Virus record (IMG/VR): IMGVR_UViG_2684622620_000012
DNA length: 27,901 nucleotides
Direction: 5' to 3' (one strand)
DNA from: a virus
Taxonomy: Duplodnaviria > Heunggongvirae > Uroviricota > Caudoviricetes
Under the pieces are notes generated by a model. That model worked only from the letters and a program-made list of their open reading frames with translations. It was not told the DNA's origin and ran no database searches. A program made the translations under genes and the position numbers. Numbering within the stretch: position 1 is the first letter of the stretch; each line of letters starts with the position of its first letter. Positions 8,281 to 16,562 of the stretch are shown one piece after another.

Positions 8281-8680
8281 TTTTTTAATTCCTCACCTGC
8301 TGCGCAGTGAGAATTTATGAAGTTAATAACAATATGATTTTAAATATATTTTTAAGCACTCACTTTTTAATCCTTATATATACGCAAAAGTGAGGTAAAT
8401 AGTTAAGTTTTAGTTAATATCTTGCATGGTATGTTTTTTAACCTACCTGTTATTTTTATTACCTCATTTCTATTAACTCACCATTCCTCACTTTTGTTCC
8501 TCACTTTTTGTTATTCTTGTTCTGCTCCTCAGTCGTTTTCTTTATTGTTGTAATATGTTGTTTTGCAATGTTTTTTTAATTCCTCATTTTTTGATCTATA
8601 TACAGGTGAGAAAGTGAGGAAAACAGGGATGATTTTTAAATATTCCCTTCCCCCCTCACTTTTACGCTTCACTTTTTACA
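8281..8680. repeat. iteron-rich AT-rich region (more than 10 copies of TTCCTCACTTTT in both orientations), candidate origin
   Basis: Copies at about 8291, 8358, 8388 (inv), 8461, 8477, 8486, 8499, 8581, 8606-8620 (inv pair), 8653, 8668; exact 15-mer TTTTTTAATTCCTCA at 8281-8295 and 8573-8587; lies immediately 3' of the helicase gene. Confidence 0.6.
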
Positions 8681-10088
8681 GTGGGCGCACATCATCACCG
8701 TCAATAGCGATTACGCCGTCACCTTCCAGCTTGTACAGCCAGCGCCGGAAGTTTTTCATCTCATACCCCAGCTTTTTCATGTCATCGCGCAACAACGGAA
8801 TAGTACATTTATCTCCGCGTTGCGTGCGTGAACGAATACAACCCCATAGTGCGGCGTGATTCTCCGTCTTGTTCCCAGCTTCCTCGATGCGCTCCAGTTC
8901 AACCGGCGGACGGGGCTTATCCTCCAGCACCAGCGACGTGATTAACTCCCCGCCCTCATCCTTGAAAAGCTCAACCTCGCGCAAATCGCAAGCCATTTCT
9001 TTCAGTTCCTCCGCATCCTTCATCTTGGTACATGCGATAACCAGGGCTTCACTGCCTGCACCTTCACGGCGTATCCGGTATTCTGCATCCAGTGCTGCAC
9101 GAAACGCACTGGAACCGCGCGCACCCTTTGTTTCATCCTTGCCGGAATGGTGAATTACCAGCACTGTAGCGCCTGTACGTCGTTTCAGTTCGTCACATCC
9201 ATGGACAAATGCCCCCATATCCCGCGCATCATTTTCATCGCTGCCACCAAAGCAACGCGCCAGAGTATCCAGAATAATCATGCGTACAGGTTTACCCGTT
9301 TCCTGCTCAACCTGTCGGGCAGCAATAACCATTTCATCAACATCACCCGGTGCGGCCGGAAAAATTGGACGATTTACCAGGTATAGATTTTTCACCTGCT
9401 CACTGTTCACCAGTTCCCATGCCTTGATACGACGAGGAACACCGATCCCGCCCTCACCAACGACATACATCACCGCACCATGTACAACCCTGCGACCTCC
9501 CCACGGGATACCGGTAGCAACATGACACGCCCACGAACACGCAAGGAACGACTTATAAGAACCGCTCGCACCGTATGTGCTACATAGCGAATTAGCCGGA
9601 ATCACGCCCTTAACTACATAGCTAAGCTGTGAATCATATCCTTCCGATCCAATGCTCATTGGTAGCGTGGTTTTTCGCTGGCTGTATTGCTCGTCAGTAA
9701 GTATTTCCCCGCGCTCAGCCTGTTCGCGGATCCGTTGCAGGTAGTCGTGCCAGTTCTCCGGCTCCCCGTCGGTGATACCTTTGTATAATTTCGCCTCCTG
9801 TACGCCAGCCAGCGCCAGCTTTTCAGCGATAGCATTGATCTGGATTGGTTCGATCTCCCCCGCGAGATAGACACGCGCAAAGCGGCGTTCATCGTCGACA
9901 ATGCGGATATTCGCCAGGTCTGCCAGTTGCTTTGGCCCCAGGTAAACAGGTGGTACGTTATCGCCGTGTTTTCGTCCTTCGCTTTCAATCCAGTGTTGAG
10001 CATGGGCGTAAGCATCCGTCCCGGCAAAAATGATTACCTCGGTGAATTTATCCTTCGGCTGATATTTTAAATTCGGTGCGTTTTTCAC
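8676..10088 (-). CDS. RecA-like NTPase, RepA/DnaB-type replicative helicase (AAA_25-like), 470 aa
   Basis: P-loop YGASGSYKS, Walker B-like MIILDTLARCF, and VLVIHHSGKDETKGARGSSAF typical of RepA/DnaB-family helicases; GTG start with GGGAGGT 6 nt upstream, overlapping the upstream stop. Confidence 0.7.
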   Translation of the reverse strand: MKNAPNLKYQPKDKFTEVIIFAGTDAYAHAQHWIESEGRKHGDNVPPVYLGPKQLADLANIRIVDDERRFARVYLAGEIEPIQINAIAEKLALAGVQEAKLYKGITDGEPENWHDYLQRIREQAERGEILTDEQYSQRKTTLPMSIGSEGYDSQLSYVVKGVIPANSLCSTYGASGSYKSFLACSWACHVATGIPWGGRRVVHGAVMYVVGEGGIGVPRRIKAWELVNSEQVKNLYLVNRPIFPAAPGDVDEMVIAARQVEQETGKPVRMIILDTLARCFGGSDENDARDMGAFVHGCDELKRRTGATVLVIHHSGKDETKGARGSSAFRAALDAEYRIRREGAGSEALVIACTKMKDAEELKEMACDLREVELFKDEGGELITSLVLEDKPRPPVELERIEEAGNKTENHAALWGCIRSRTQRGDKCTIPLLRDDMKKLGYEMKNFRRWLYKLEGDGVIAIDGDDVRPL

Positions 10089-10375
10089 TTCTTACCTCCC
10101 GCAACCAACATTGCCCGGATTTTTTTAATATTCGTGGCTGCACGTCTCGCCACCGCCTGTTGTTTGTTTTCAACCAGAATAAAATCACGCTCAAACTGAC
10201 GGCGCGGCATTACGCAGTCATATTCGTAAGCCTCACGGCGGTAGGTGATATTGCCTGGCGTAACGTGACGAATAACCACTCGTCCCCCACGTCTGGTGTC
10301 GCGGTAAATATCTCCGTGTCTGATTTCAGGCCGAGAGAGACCGCTGGCAGTAAAGCCAGAATTTTTCTTTTTCAT
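10085..10375 (-). CDS. hypothetical basic protein, 96 aa
   Basis: Member of a chain of tightly packed minus-strand small genes; stop overlaps the helicase GTG start. Confidence 0.5.
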   Translation of the reverse strand: MKKKNSGFTASGLSRPEIRHGDIYRDTRRGGRVVIRHVTPGNITYRREAYEYDCVMPRRQFERDFILVENKQQAVARRAATNIKKIRAMLVAGGKK

Positions 10376-10379
10376 GGTT

Positions 10380-10580
10380 TTATTTTCCTGTCAGCAGTTC
10401 CGGTTTTATTTCCGCACGAATACAAAGTTCAGAAAAAAATTCAGGAGAACCAACAATCTCATTACTTTTCAGTCGGCATTGTGATTTCACTTTCCCTTTA
10501 TCTAGGTAAACCAGTACGCGTCCGGTGAAATCATCTGGCACATTAAGCACTACGGGTACATGCGCTTCATGATTATGCAT
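10380..10580 (-). CDS. hypothetical protein, 66 aa
   Basis: Start overlaps the upstream gene stop; no recognised motif. Confidence 0.45.
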   Translation of the reverse strand: MHNHEAHVPVVLNVPDDFTGRVLVYLDKGKVKSQCRLKSNEIVGSPEFFSELCIRAEIKPELLTGK

Positions 10581-10806
10581 GGCTTACATCCTCCGTGAAT
10601 TTTCTTCTGTAACGCGTCTCTGCCACATATTCCGCATAGTCTGACGCAATACTAAGAATCATTTCACCCTCTGACTTGTAGCCACTGGTATTGATAAGAA
10701 AATATGCAGCTTTCATCATGTCAGCAACGCTCAACAATGCGCCCGCTGCATCTTCCTGTGCGCCATCAAATTCCCGTTTCAGGGAATTAAAACGATCATC
10801 ACGCAT
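10573..10806 (-). CDS. hypothetical acidic protein, 77 aa
   Basis: Start overlaps the upstream stop; no recognised motif. Confidence 0.45.
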   Translation of the reverse strand: MRDDRFNSLKREFDGAQEDAAGALLSVADMMKAAYFLINTSGYKSEGEMILSIASDYAEYVAETRYRRKFTEDVSHA

Positions 10807-11164
10807 GTTTACCCCCCTGAATGACCTGATAACCGCAACTGGTCAGCAACTCGATAAATTCCGGCAGTGTGCCGAAACAGCAATCATCACGCAGCCGTTC
10901 GCAGGATACCTCGACGCCGTTTTCGTAGTGACTCACCATACGTCCGGTAAAATGCAGATCATCATCGTGATGACTCGTTGACGGCTTAATCAGTCGCGCA
11001 CGTTCCGCCAGTTCCAGCAATGCTTCAACGCTTCCGGCAATTGCACCATCCGGCAGGTGATAATTACGCACTATGCGCCCGTTCTCCACATTGACCAGCA
11101 ACTGCCCGGTAAATTTCTCGTCAAACTGAATGCTGTTAAGGTCAGAAATTGACAGGTTATGCAT
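10799..11164 (-). CDS. hypothetical protein, about 121 aa
   Basis: ATG at 11164 with AGGAGG upstream, 2 nt after the upstream stop; the track ORF extends to 11182 without an RBS. Confidence 0.5.
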   Translation of the reverse strand: MHNLSISDLNSIQFDEKFTGQLLVNVENGRIVRNYHLPDGAIAGSVEALLELAERARLIKPSTSHHDDDLHFTGRMVSHYENGVEVSCERLRDDCCFGTLPEFIELLTSCGYQVIQGGKHA

Positions 11165-11381
11165 AGTGCACCTCCTGCACATCAGCCATGATAATTTTTC
11201 CGGCCTTATCCAGTGCCTGATCGGCTTTTAGCTGCACAAATGCTAAATAATGGAAGATGCATTCTGATTCTCTGGCTGCGTGTTTATGCGCCACACCAGC
11301 GATAGCAGAAATCTCAATAAGTGAATCCATCAGCGTTTTGATAGTGTCTACCGCTGCATCAGGCCATGTTGCATTACACAT
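11157..11381 (-). CDS. hypothetical protein, 74 aa
   Basis: ATG at 11381 overlaps the stop of the upstream gene. Confidence 0.45.
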   Translation of the reverse strand: MCNATWPDAAVDTIKTLMDSLIEISAIAGVAHKHAARESECIFHYLAFVQLKADQALDKAGKIIMADVQEVHYA

Positions 11382-11739
11382 GCTCCACCTCCTGGCGAAT
11401 ACGGGCAGTGAATACCATCACGCAGCCATCAGGAGATTGCTGGCGTGCTTCCTGTTCGCTGGTGGCCTCGATGTGAATCACGCGCGGTTGTGCCGTACTC
11501 AGGGCGATAAAACGCCATATAAAATTGTTTTCGCATTTCTGAATAAACAGCGTGTTTTCTTCGCGCCCTTTCCATGTTGCCGAGATATAGCCCATGTCAT
11601 TGAGCATCTTGCAGGCATCAACCAGCGTATCGGCGGCTACGTGTACAGTGTTTTTACCGTCAGCCATGCAATCACGGTGCACCGCCAGGAAGGTGTATAT
11701 AAATTTAGGGTGAGTTTGAGTATGCTGTGTTCCAGCCAT
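11374..11739 (-). CDS. hypothetical protein, 121 aa, first gene of the early operon
   Basis: ATG at 11739 with GAGGT 7 nt upstream; the track ORF runs on upstream to 12831 in the same frame, but that upstream part looks non-coding or frameshifted. Confidence 0.5.
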   Translation of the reverse strand: MAGTQHTQTHPKFIYTFLAVHRDCMADGKNTVHVAADTLVDACKMLNDMGYISATWKGREENTLFIQKCENNFIWRFIALSTAQPRVIHIEATSEQEARQQSPDGCVMVFTARIRQEVEHV

Positions 11740-11813
11740 AATCGTTACCTCATTTAACGGTTTGGTTAGACGCCCTGCATGTGTTGCGAGCACTGCGGGG
11801 CGTTGCTCTTTTA

Positions 11814-11861
11814 GGTGTATTTCACCTTTGCTTTTTAATTTACTTACTGGTGAAATACACT
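11814..11861. promoter_or_regulatory. operator-like inverted repeat GGTGTATTTCACC ... GGTGAAATACAC(T) in a divergent promoter region
   Basis: 12/13 bp inverted repeat separated by 22 bp, between the early operon start (11739) and the divergent RHH gene (11927); TATACT -10-like hexamer at 11891-11896. Confidence 0.5.
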
Positions 11862-11926
11862 TCAAGCCTTTTTTTATCATTTTTTTTGCGTATACTGACA
11901 TACACCAATTTTTAGGAGATCCAGAA

Positions 11927-12106
11927 ATGGCAACTGGTGCAAAGAACGCAAAATCACAAATGACAACTGTCAGAATCCCACATGAAGTAATGGATGATAT
12001 TGAGCAACTTAAAGAACCTGGCGAAAGTACCGCTGGTTTTTTAGTTACTGCTGCAAAAGGCGAGATCAAACGCCGCCAGCGCCGCAAGGCCAAAGAACAG
12101 GAGTAA
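11927..12106 (+). CDS. small ribbon-helix-helix-like regulator, 59 aa
   Basis: AGGAGAT SD 6 nt upstream of the ATG; MTTVRIPHEVMDDIEQL fits an RHH beta-strand plus helix; divergent from the early operon; basic C-terminal tail. Confidence 0.5.
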   Translation: MATGAKNAKSQMTTVRIPHEVMDDIEQLKEPGESTAGFLVTAAKGEIKRRQRRKAKEQE

Positions 12107-12823
12107 CCATCACCAGCGCCGTGGTGTGAGGGACTACGGTGCATCGTTTTACAGGGCAGCGCCATGACCAACAAAGAATCAACCAATACACCATCACCGG
12201 CACGGAAAAGACAGCGCAGAAAGATAGCGTACGAGCATGAGTCAAACAGATTCGCGCCCTGTGCGTTTATCCTTGAGAAATTCCTTAAAGAGTACAGGCG
12301 CACAAAAATGGGATCGCATACCTGGAAAACATCGCGGCATGGCGATGTTAAAGAGCAGGAATAGCCCACCAGCAAGCCAGCATATTCACCATAATGACCC
12401 TCAGTTAAACATAGAGTCATTGGTGCAAAGCTGACACATTGCCCACCAGCCGCAAATCTGGCATTGTTGGCGATGCGTTCAAGTATGTAGCTTTCCCACT
12501 GGCGGCCCTCTGCGGTCGCCTTTGTTTTATCCAGAACGAAATCAGACATCAGATTGATCAGCACCTGGCGACCTGACAAAATCGCATCAGTCGCGCCACC
12601 AGCAAAATTTTTTGCTTTTCGGACAGTGTGATCAACGACATTTTGCAGCAAAATATTCTGCATTTCTGGCGTGCTGTAGTAACGGTGATCAGCGCCTTCA
12701 CTCTGTGCGACCACAACGCTATAATCTGCCTCGTAGACAGTAAGCAATATGGCGCAGTAGGCTATTCGTTCACAAAGGCGCTCCGGCAACGGGGCGCTTT
12801 CTCTTTTTGTAACGGTCAGAGCG

Positions 12824-13624
12824 TTACACATGGCTGTTTTCCTCCATGCGACGGGCTAACCAACGCTGCGAAAGACGAATTAATTCAGCCTTCCGCTGGT
12901 GGTAGTCCTGGCCTAACTCAATCAGCGTGATATTGCTCTGCTCAAGGTAAGAAAGGTGCTCAAGCTGCAACGTGCTCATGTGGTCGCGTGGTTCGCCTGT
13001 AATGCCGTTCGCCAGTGCCCACTGTTTTGCAGTCATGCCACCCAGCACGATACGCGCCAGCATGCTCGCTTCCGTGGTGTAGTGGTGCTGGAGTGTGTTT
13101 TTACCCAGTTCAGCCCGGTACGCCTCCAGCGCGGCACACATTGGCTTAAAGTAGCTGGCAACTGTGATACGGGCTTTCAGTTCCCGGCGTAACGCTGCGG
13201 AACGAACAGGCGCAACCTTGTGTAGCTCCTCCTCGCATTTGATAAAGTACTGGCGAACGGCGCGGCCCTGTTCGGTACGTTCGACCATCGCCAGTTCTTT
13301 CGCCATGTTCACTGTGATGATGTACTCAAGAGCGGTTTGCTGGCGAGATTTTGCGCTCACCGGATCGGGTCGGCTCAAATATTCAACAACCTCATAATCC
13401 ACGCCTTCCGTGAACCCGTATTCTTCAATGCGCCCCTTGATCCACGAACGGAAAACGCGCCCTACACCTAACGCCTTATGTAACGCTCTGGCGCTAACAA
13501 TAGTGGTTTCACTCCCGCCAATAACGCCGGAAATAATCGGGATAATTTCGCCGAAATTTTGCAGATTCTGGTTTTCAGGCCGAACGAAGCCCCGCCCCTG
13601 TACGGGCGTTTTTGGAAATTTCAT
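12824..13624 (-). CDS. phage antirepressor-like protein (AntA-type N-terminal domain), 266 aa
   Basis: TTIVSARALHKALGVGRVFRSWIKGRIEEYGFTEGVDYEV resembles the AntA/AntB antirepressor N-terminal domain; downstream of alpA on the same strand. Confidence 0.6.
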   Translation of the reverse strand: MKFPKTPVQGRGFVRPENQNLQNFGEIIPIISGVIGGSETTIVSARALHKALGVGRVFRSWIKGRIEEYGFTEGVDYEVVEYLSRPDPVSAKSRQQTALEYIITVNMAKELAMVERTEQGRAVRQYFIKCEEELHKVAPVRSAALRRELKARITVASYFKPMCAALEAYRAELGKNTLQHHYTTEASMLARIVLGGMTAKQWALANGITGEPRDHMSTLQLEHLSYLEQSNITLIELGQDYHQRKAELIRLSQRWLARRMEENSHV

Positions 13625-13701
13625 AAAAACTCCTGCTATCGAATTAAGTTACTTTTATTTGCTGGTGGATAGCTGGGGGCAATAGCCCCGTAGCCATTTA
13701 A

Positions 13702-13899
13702 TCAGGTAGCTGTTCCGCGTGATTCCGCAATACGCTGATTAATCCACTCGTCAATTTCACTCTCAACGAAAGCAATAGCTCGCGAGCCAATTTTAACTGA
13801 TGCAGGAAATTTACCTTGCCCCATAAGGCGATAAATCCATGCCTTGCTATATCCAGTTCTACGCTGAACTTCTGTTAAACGAATAAGCGTATTTGACAT
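13702..13899 (-). CDS. alpA: AlpA-family transcriptional regulator, 65 aa
   Basis: LIRLTEVQRRTGYSKAWIYRLMGQGKFPASVKIGSRAIAFVESEIDEWI is a close match to the AlpA (CP4-57 regulatory protein) HTH signature. Confidence 0.85.
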   Translation of the reverse strand: MSNTLIRLTEVQRRTGYSKAWIYRLMGQGKFPASVKIGSRAIAFVESEIDEWINQRIAESRGTAT

Positions 13900-14093
13900 A
13901 TATTTACCTCATAACGTCTACTCAATTTGACGAGGTAATCATGGCACAGAAATAACGAATATTTTCATACCCTCAGGCCTAATGGTTACCGGAAGGAAAT
14001 TAACCCTAAGGGTGATGGTAAAATTGACGGGGAAGATAAAAAAATACCCTCAGGGTAACAGTAAATCACCCTCAGGGTATGCGGTATGGTGCG

Positions 14094-14891
14094 TTAATCC
14101 GGCTTTGCGTTCTTTTGGCTGTTGTCTCGGTTAATAGGGCAGGCAGTCCTCTCTATGAGCGTTGCAAGTGCATTACTTGCCCCCCACTGCTTAAGCTCCC
14201 TAGTTATCGCTTCTTGATTTCCCCTGGTGGCAAAATCATTTTCTGGATCGTAATTGGCCCACTCTCTGTTTCTAATCTCAATAGCCTTAGCTAATGGGTC
14301 TTTATCCCAGTATTTATATAAGTGTATCGGGCGCTCTTGCTCTAACTGCTCTATCCTTGCCCTTAACTCTGCGTTTTCTTTTTCCAGCATTGCGATTTGG
14401 GATAATAAATCATCCTCTGTACGCAACTCTTTCTTTTCAATATCGCGTCCTTGTGCCTCGTCATTTTCAGAAGAGTTAGCGCCTTCCAGCTTCGTTAACG
14501 CGTCAAGGACATCGGGAAAAATTGCGAAAATTTCACCCCTTATAAATCCAATGTTCTCAAATTCGGGATCTTCCCAATAACCGGACACCAGAAAACCATT
14601 TTCATCCCTCTCACCAGGTAAACAACCACGTTTCCGAACCGCATTCAGATTTCTATAAAGAACATCATAATCAAATTCATCCCGATACGGGTTACAAAAA
14701 GATTCCAACAGCTTAAATTCATTTACTGTGTACAGGCGGATATGTTCTCCGCTTATTCTCCTGAGTATCCAAGTTATGACATCTGAAACATCATAATCAT
14801 CACCAGCGACCTTAAGCACGACCTCAAGAAATTCACGTAAAGAAATAAAATCTTTTTTGTATTCGTTTAATTCGGCATGAATATCAATCAT
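14094..14891 (-). CDS. hypothetical protein with central coiled coil, 265 aa; cargo gene between int and alpA
   Basis: ATG at 14891 with GAGGT 6 nt upstream; leucine-zipper-like segment LLSQIAMLEKENAELRARIEQLEQE; lower GC than flanking genes; no recognised catalytic motif. Confidence 0.6.
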   Translation of the reverse strand: MIDIHAELNEYKKDFISLREFLEVVLKVAGDDYDVSDVITWILRRISGEHIRLYTVNEFKLLESFCNPYRDEFDYDVLYRNLNAVRKRGCLPGERDENGFLVSGYWEDPEFENIGFIRGEIFAIFPDVLDALTKLEGANSSENDEAQGRDIEKKELRTEDDLLSQIAMLEKENAELRARIEQLEQERPIHLYKYWDKDPLAKAIEIRNREWANYDPENDFATRGNQEAITRELKQWGASNALATLIERTACPINRDNSQKNAKPD

Positions 14892-15019
14892 ACGCACACC
14901 TCAGCGTCCTCTACTGTAGTGGCTGTACCAGTCCGTCGAGGTGTACGGATTTTCGGGAGCGACCCTAGACACAGCCTTTTCTTTCGTCGCTCAAAGTCTA
15001 CTACTGTATACGCAACCAG

Positions 15020-16234
15020 TCATCCACATTTTCCGAACTTGCCATGCACCACGTTACCGCCATGTTCGAGCGAATCCATATAGTCGGCGTACCACTGGAG
15101 CATCTCGCGCCGCCCGTCCAGATATTGCGCATGATTGTACGTGCCACGAATTGAGTTCTTATCAACGTGTGCAAGCTGCGTTTCTATCCACGCGGTGTTA
15201 TAGCCCTGCTCATGTAAAATCGTGCTCATGGTGTGCCGGAATCCATGACCAGTAACCTTTCCGTTATAGCCGATGCGTTTAAATACTTGGTTTATGCTAG
15301 CCTCGCTCATTGTTTTCCTTGGATCATTGCGGCCGGGAAACATAAGCGGATAATTACCAGTTAATTCTTTAATCTGCCCAATAAGAGAAAGAGCCTGCTT
15401 AGACAAAGGCACCACATGAGGGCGACGCATTTTCATCCGTGAAGCAGGTATCTCCCAGATAGCCTTGTTGAGATCGATTTCATCCCATAATGCACCGCGC
15501 AGTTCGCCAGTTCGCAAACCAGTGATAATCAGTAGACGAGCCGCCATAACAACCAATGCACTTCCTGAGTAACTGGACAATGCCTTGAAAAAATCAGGCA
15601 ATTCTTTGGCTGTGAGGAAAGGATAATGATTAGATTCATGGCCTTGCATCGCGCTAGTAAGATCTGGGGCAGGGTTATACTCTGCGCGACCAGTGACTAT
15701 TGCATAGCGGAAAACTTCCCCGCACCGCTGCCTCACTTTTTTGGCTTTTTCTGTAGCACCGCGCCCCTCGATGCGTCGCAGCACATTCAGAAGTTCAAGT
15801 GGTTTGATTTCGGCAATTGGTTTTTTGCCAATGTAAGGGAACACATCTTTGTTGAAGGCTTCGAGGATATCTGAAGCATAACCAGCAGACCATTTTTTTA
15901 ATTTGCTGCTGTGCCACTCAAGGGCAATATCTTTGAAGGTATTGTTTAACTGCGTTTCCCGGGCAATCTTTTCCTCTCGTTTCGCTTCCATCGGATCGAT
16001 ACCCCCAGCGATACCCCTTTTAGCTTCTTCACGTTTTGCACGAGCATCAGCCAAGGTAACTTCAGGATACACACCTAGTGCTAACAGCTTCTCTTTACCA
16101 GCTACACGATATTTAAAGCGCCAGTATTTTCCTCCACTAGGTTTTACCAGGAGATACAGACCACCACCATCAGCCAGCTTGTAAGCCTTCTCTTTTGGCT
16201 TGGCAGTGTCTATTTGACGGGCATTGAGTTTCAC
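15020..16234 (-). CDS. int: tyrosine integrase, P4-type (DUF4102 N-terminus plus phage integrase catalytic domain), 404 aa
   Basis: N-terminal KLNARQIDTAKPKEKAYKLADGGGLYLLVKPSGGKYWRFKYR is the hallmark of P4-family integrases; C-terminal HGFRHT...LAH...RGTY contains the catalytic residues; GTG start with GGAGGT upstream. Confidence 0.9.
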   Translation of the reverse strand: MKLNARQIDTAKPKEKAYKLADGGGLYLLVKPSGGKYWRFKYRVAGKEKLLALGVYPEVTLADARAKREEAKRGIAGGIDPMEAKREEKIARETQLNNTFKDIALEWHSSKLKKWSAGYASDILEAFNKDVFPYIGKKPIAEIKPLELLNVLRRIEGRGATEKAKKVRQRCGEVFRYAIVTGRAEYNPAPDLTSAMQGHESNHYPFLTAKELPDFFKALSSYSGSALVVMAARLLIITGLRTGELRGALWDEIDLNKAIWEIPASRMKMRRPHVVPLSKQALSLIGQIKELTGNYPLMFPGRNDPRKTMSEASINQVFKRIGYNGKVTGHGFRHTMSTILHEQGYNTAWIETQLAHVDKNSIRGTYNHAQYLDGRREMLQWYADYMDSLEHGGNVVHGKFGKCG

Positions 16235-16342
16235 TTGGGGGTACCTCCACTAAACCGAACAGCAAATACCCCCAAAAGTACCCCCAATTGACTGTAGATT
16301 TTGGGGTACTTAAGTAGACGTCAAAAGACTAAAAGGGGCGCT
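16234..16342. repeat. cluster of GTACCCCCAA / GGGGTAC motifs and AAGGGGCGCT upstream of the integrase
   Basis: TTGGGGGTACC (16235-16245, inverted), ATACCCCCAAAAGTACCCCCAA (16266-16287), TTTTGGGGTACTTAAG (16299-16314, inverted), AAAAGGGGCGCT (16331-16342); one copy each also at 5963-5990. Confidence 0.5.
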
Positions 16343-16562
16343 AACATGCGGATTATAAGAGGTTTTTAAATACTTGAGTAGACTTGGGGAGACGTTAGAA
16401 TGGTGCCGATAATAGGAGTAAAACACTCGATTAATCTCGTGTTAATGCCATCACCTACGACCATTACTAATTGATTGAATCTTATAGAAAAAATCATCAT
16501 TTTCTATGCGTTACAATCAATTTTCACATTACAAACGCTCCGACACTTTAGCCGGGGAGTTT

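Noticed and set aside
8563-8859. Plus-strand ORF of 98 aa
   Set aside because: Lies in the iteron field and overlaps the helicase 3' end; low-complexity translation driven by the CCTCACTTTT repeats.
11762-11926. Upstream extension of the RHH ORF (track start 11762)
   Set aside because: The extension covers the operator and promoter region and has no RBS; the ATG at 11927 has a good SD.
12164-12434. Plus-strand ORFs 12164..12364 and 12237..12434
   Set aside because: No ribosome binding site and they overlap each other; 12164..12364 has a basic composition and could be real, but I could not support it.
15626-16184. Plus-strand ORFs inside the integrase gene
   Set aside because: Antisense to a confidently identified integrase.
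16380-16460. Looked for a tRNA or tmRNA 3' end next to the P4-type integrase (e.g. the string GGTGCCGATAATAGGAG)
   Set aside because: No T-loop (GGTTCGAATCC-like) or acceptor-stem structure could be reconstructed by eye in either orientation; needs tRNA-finding software to be sure.
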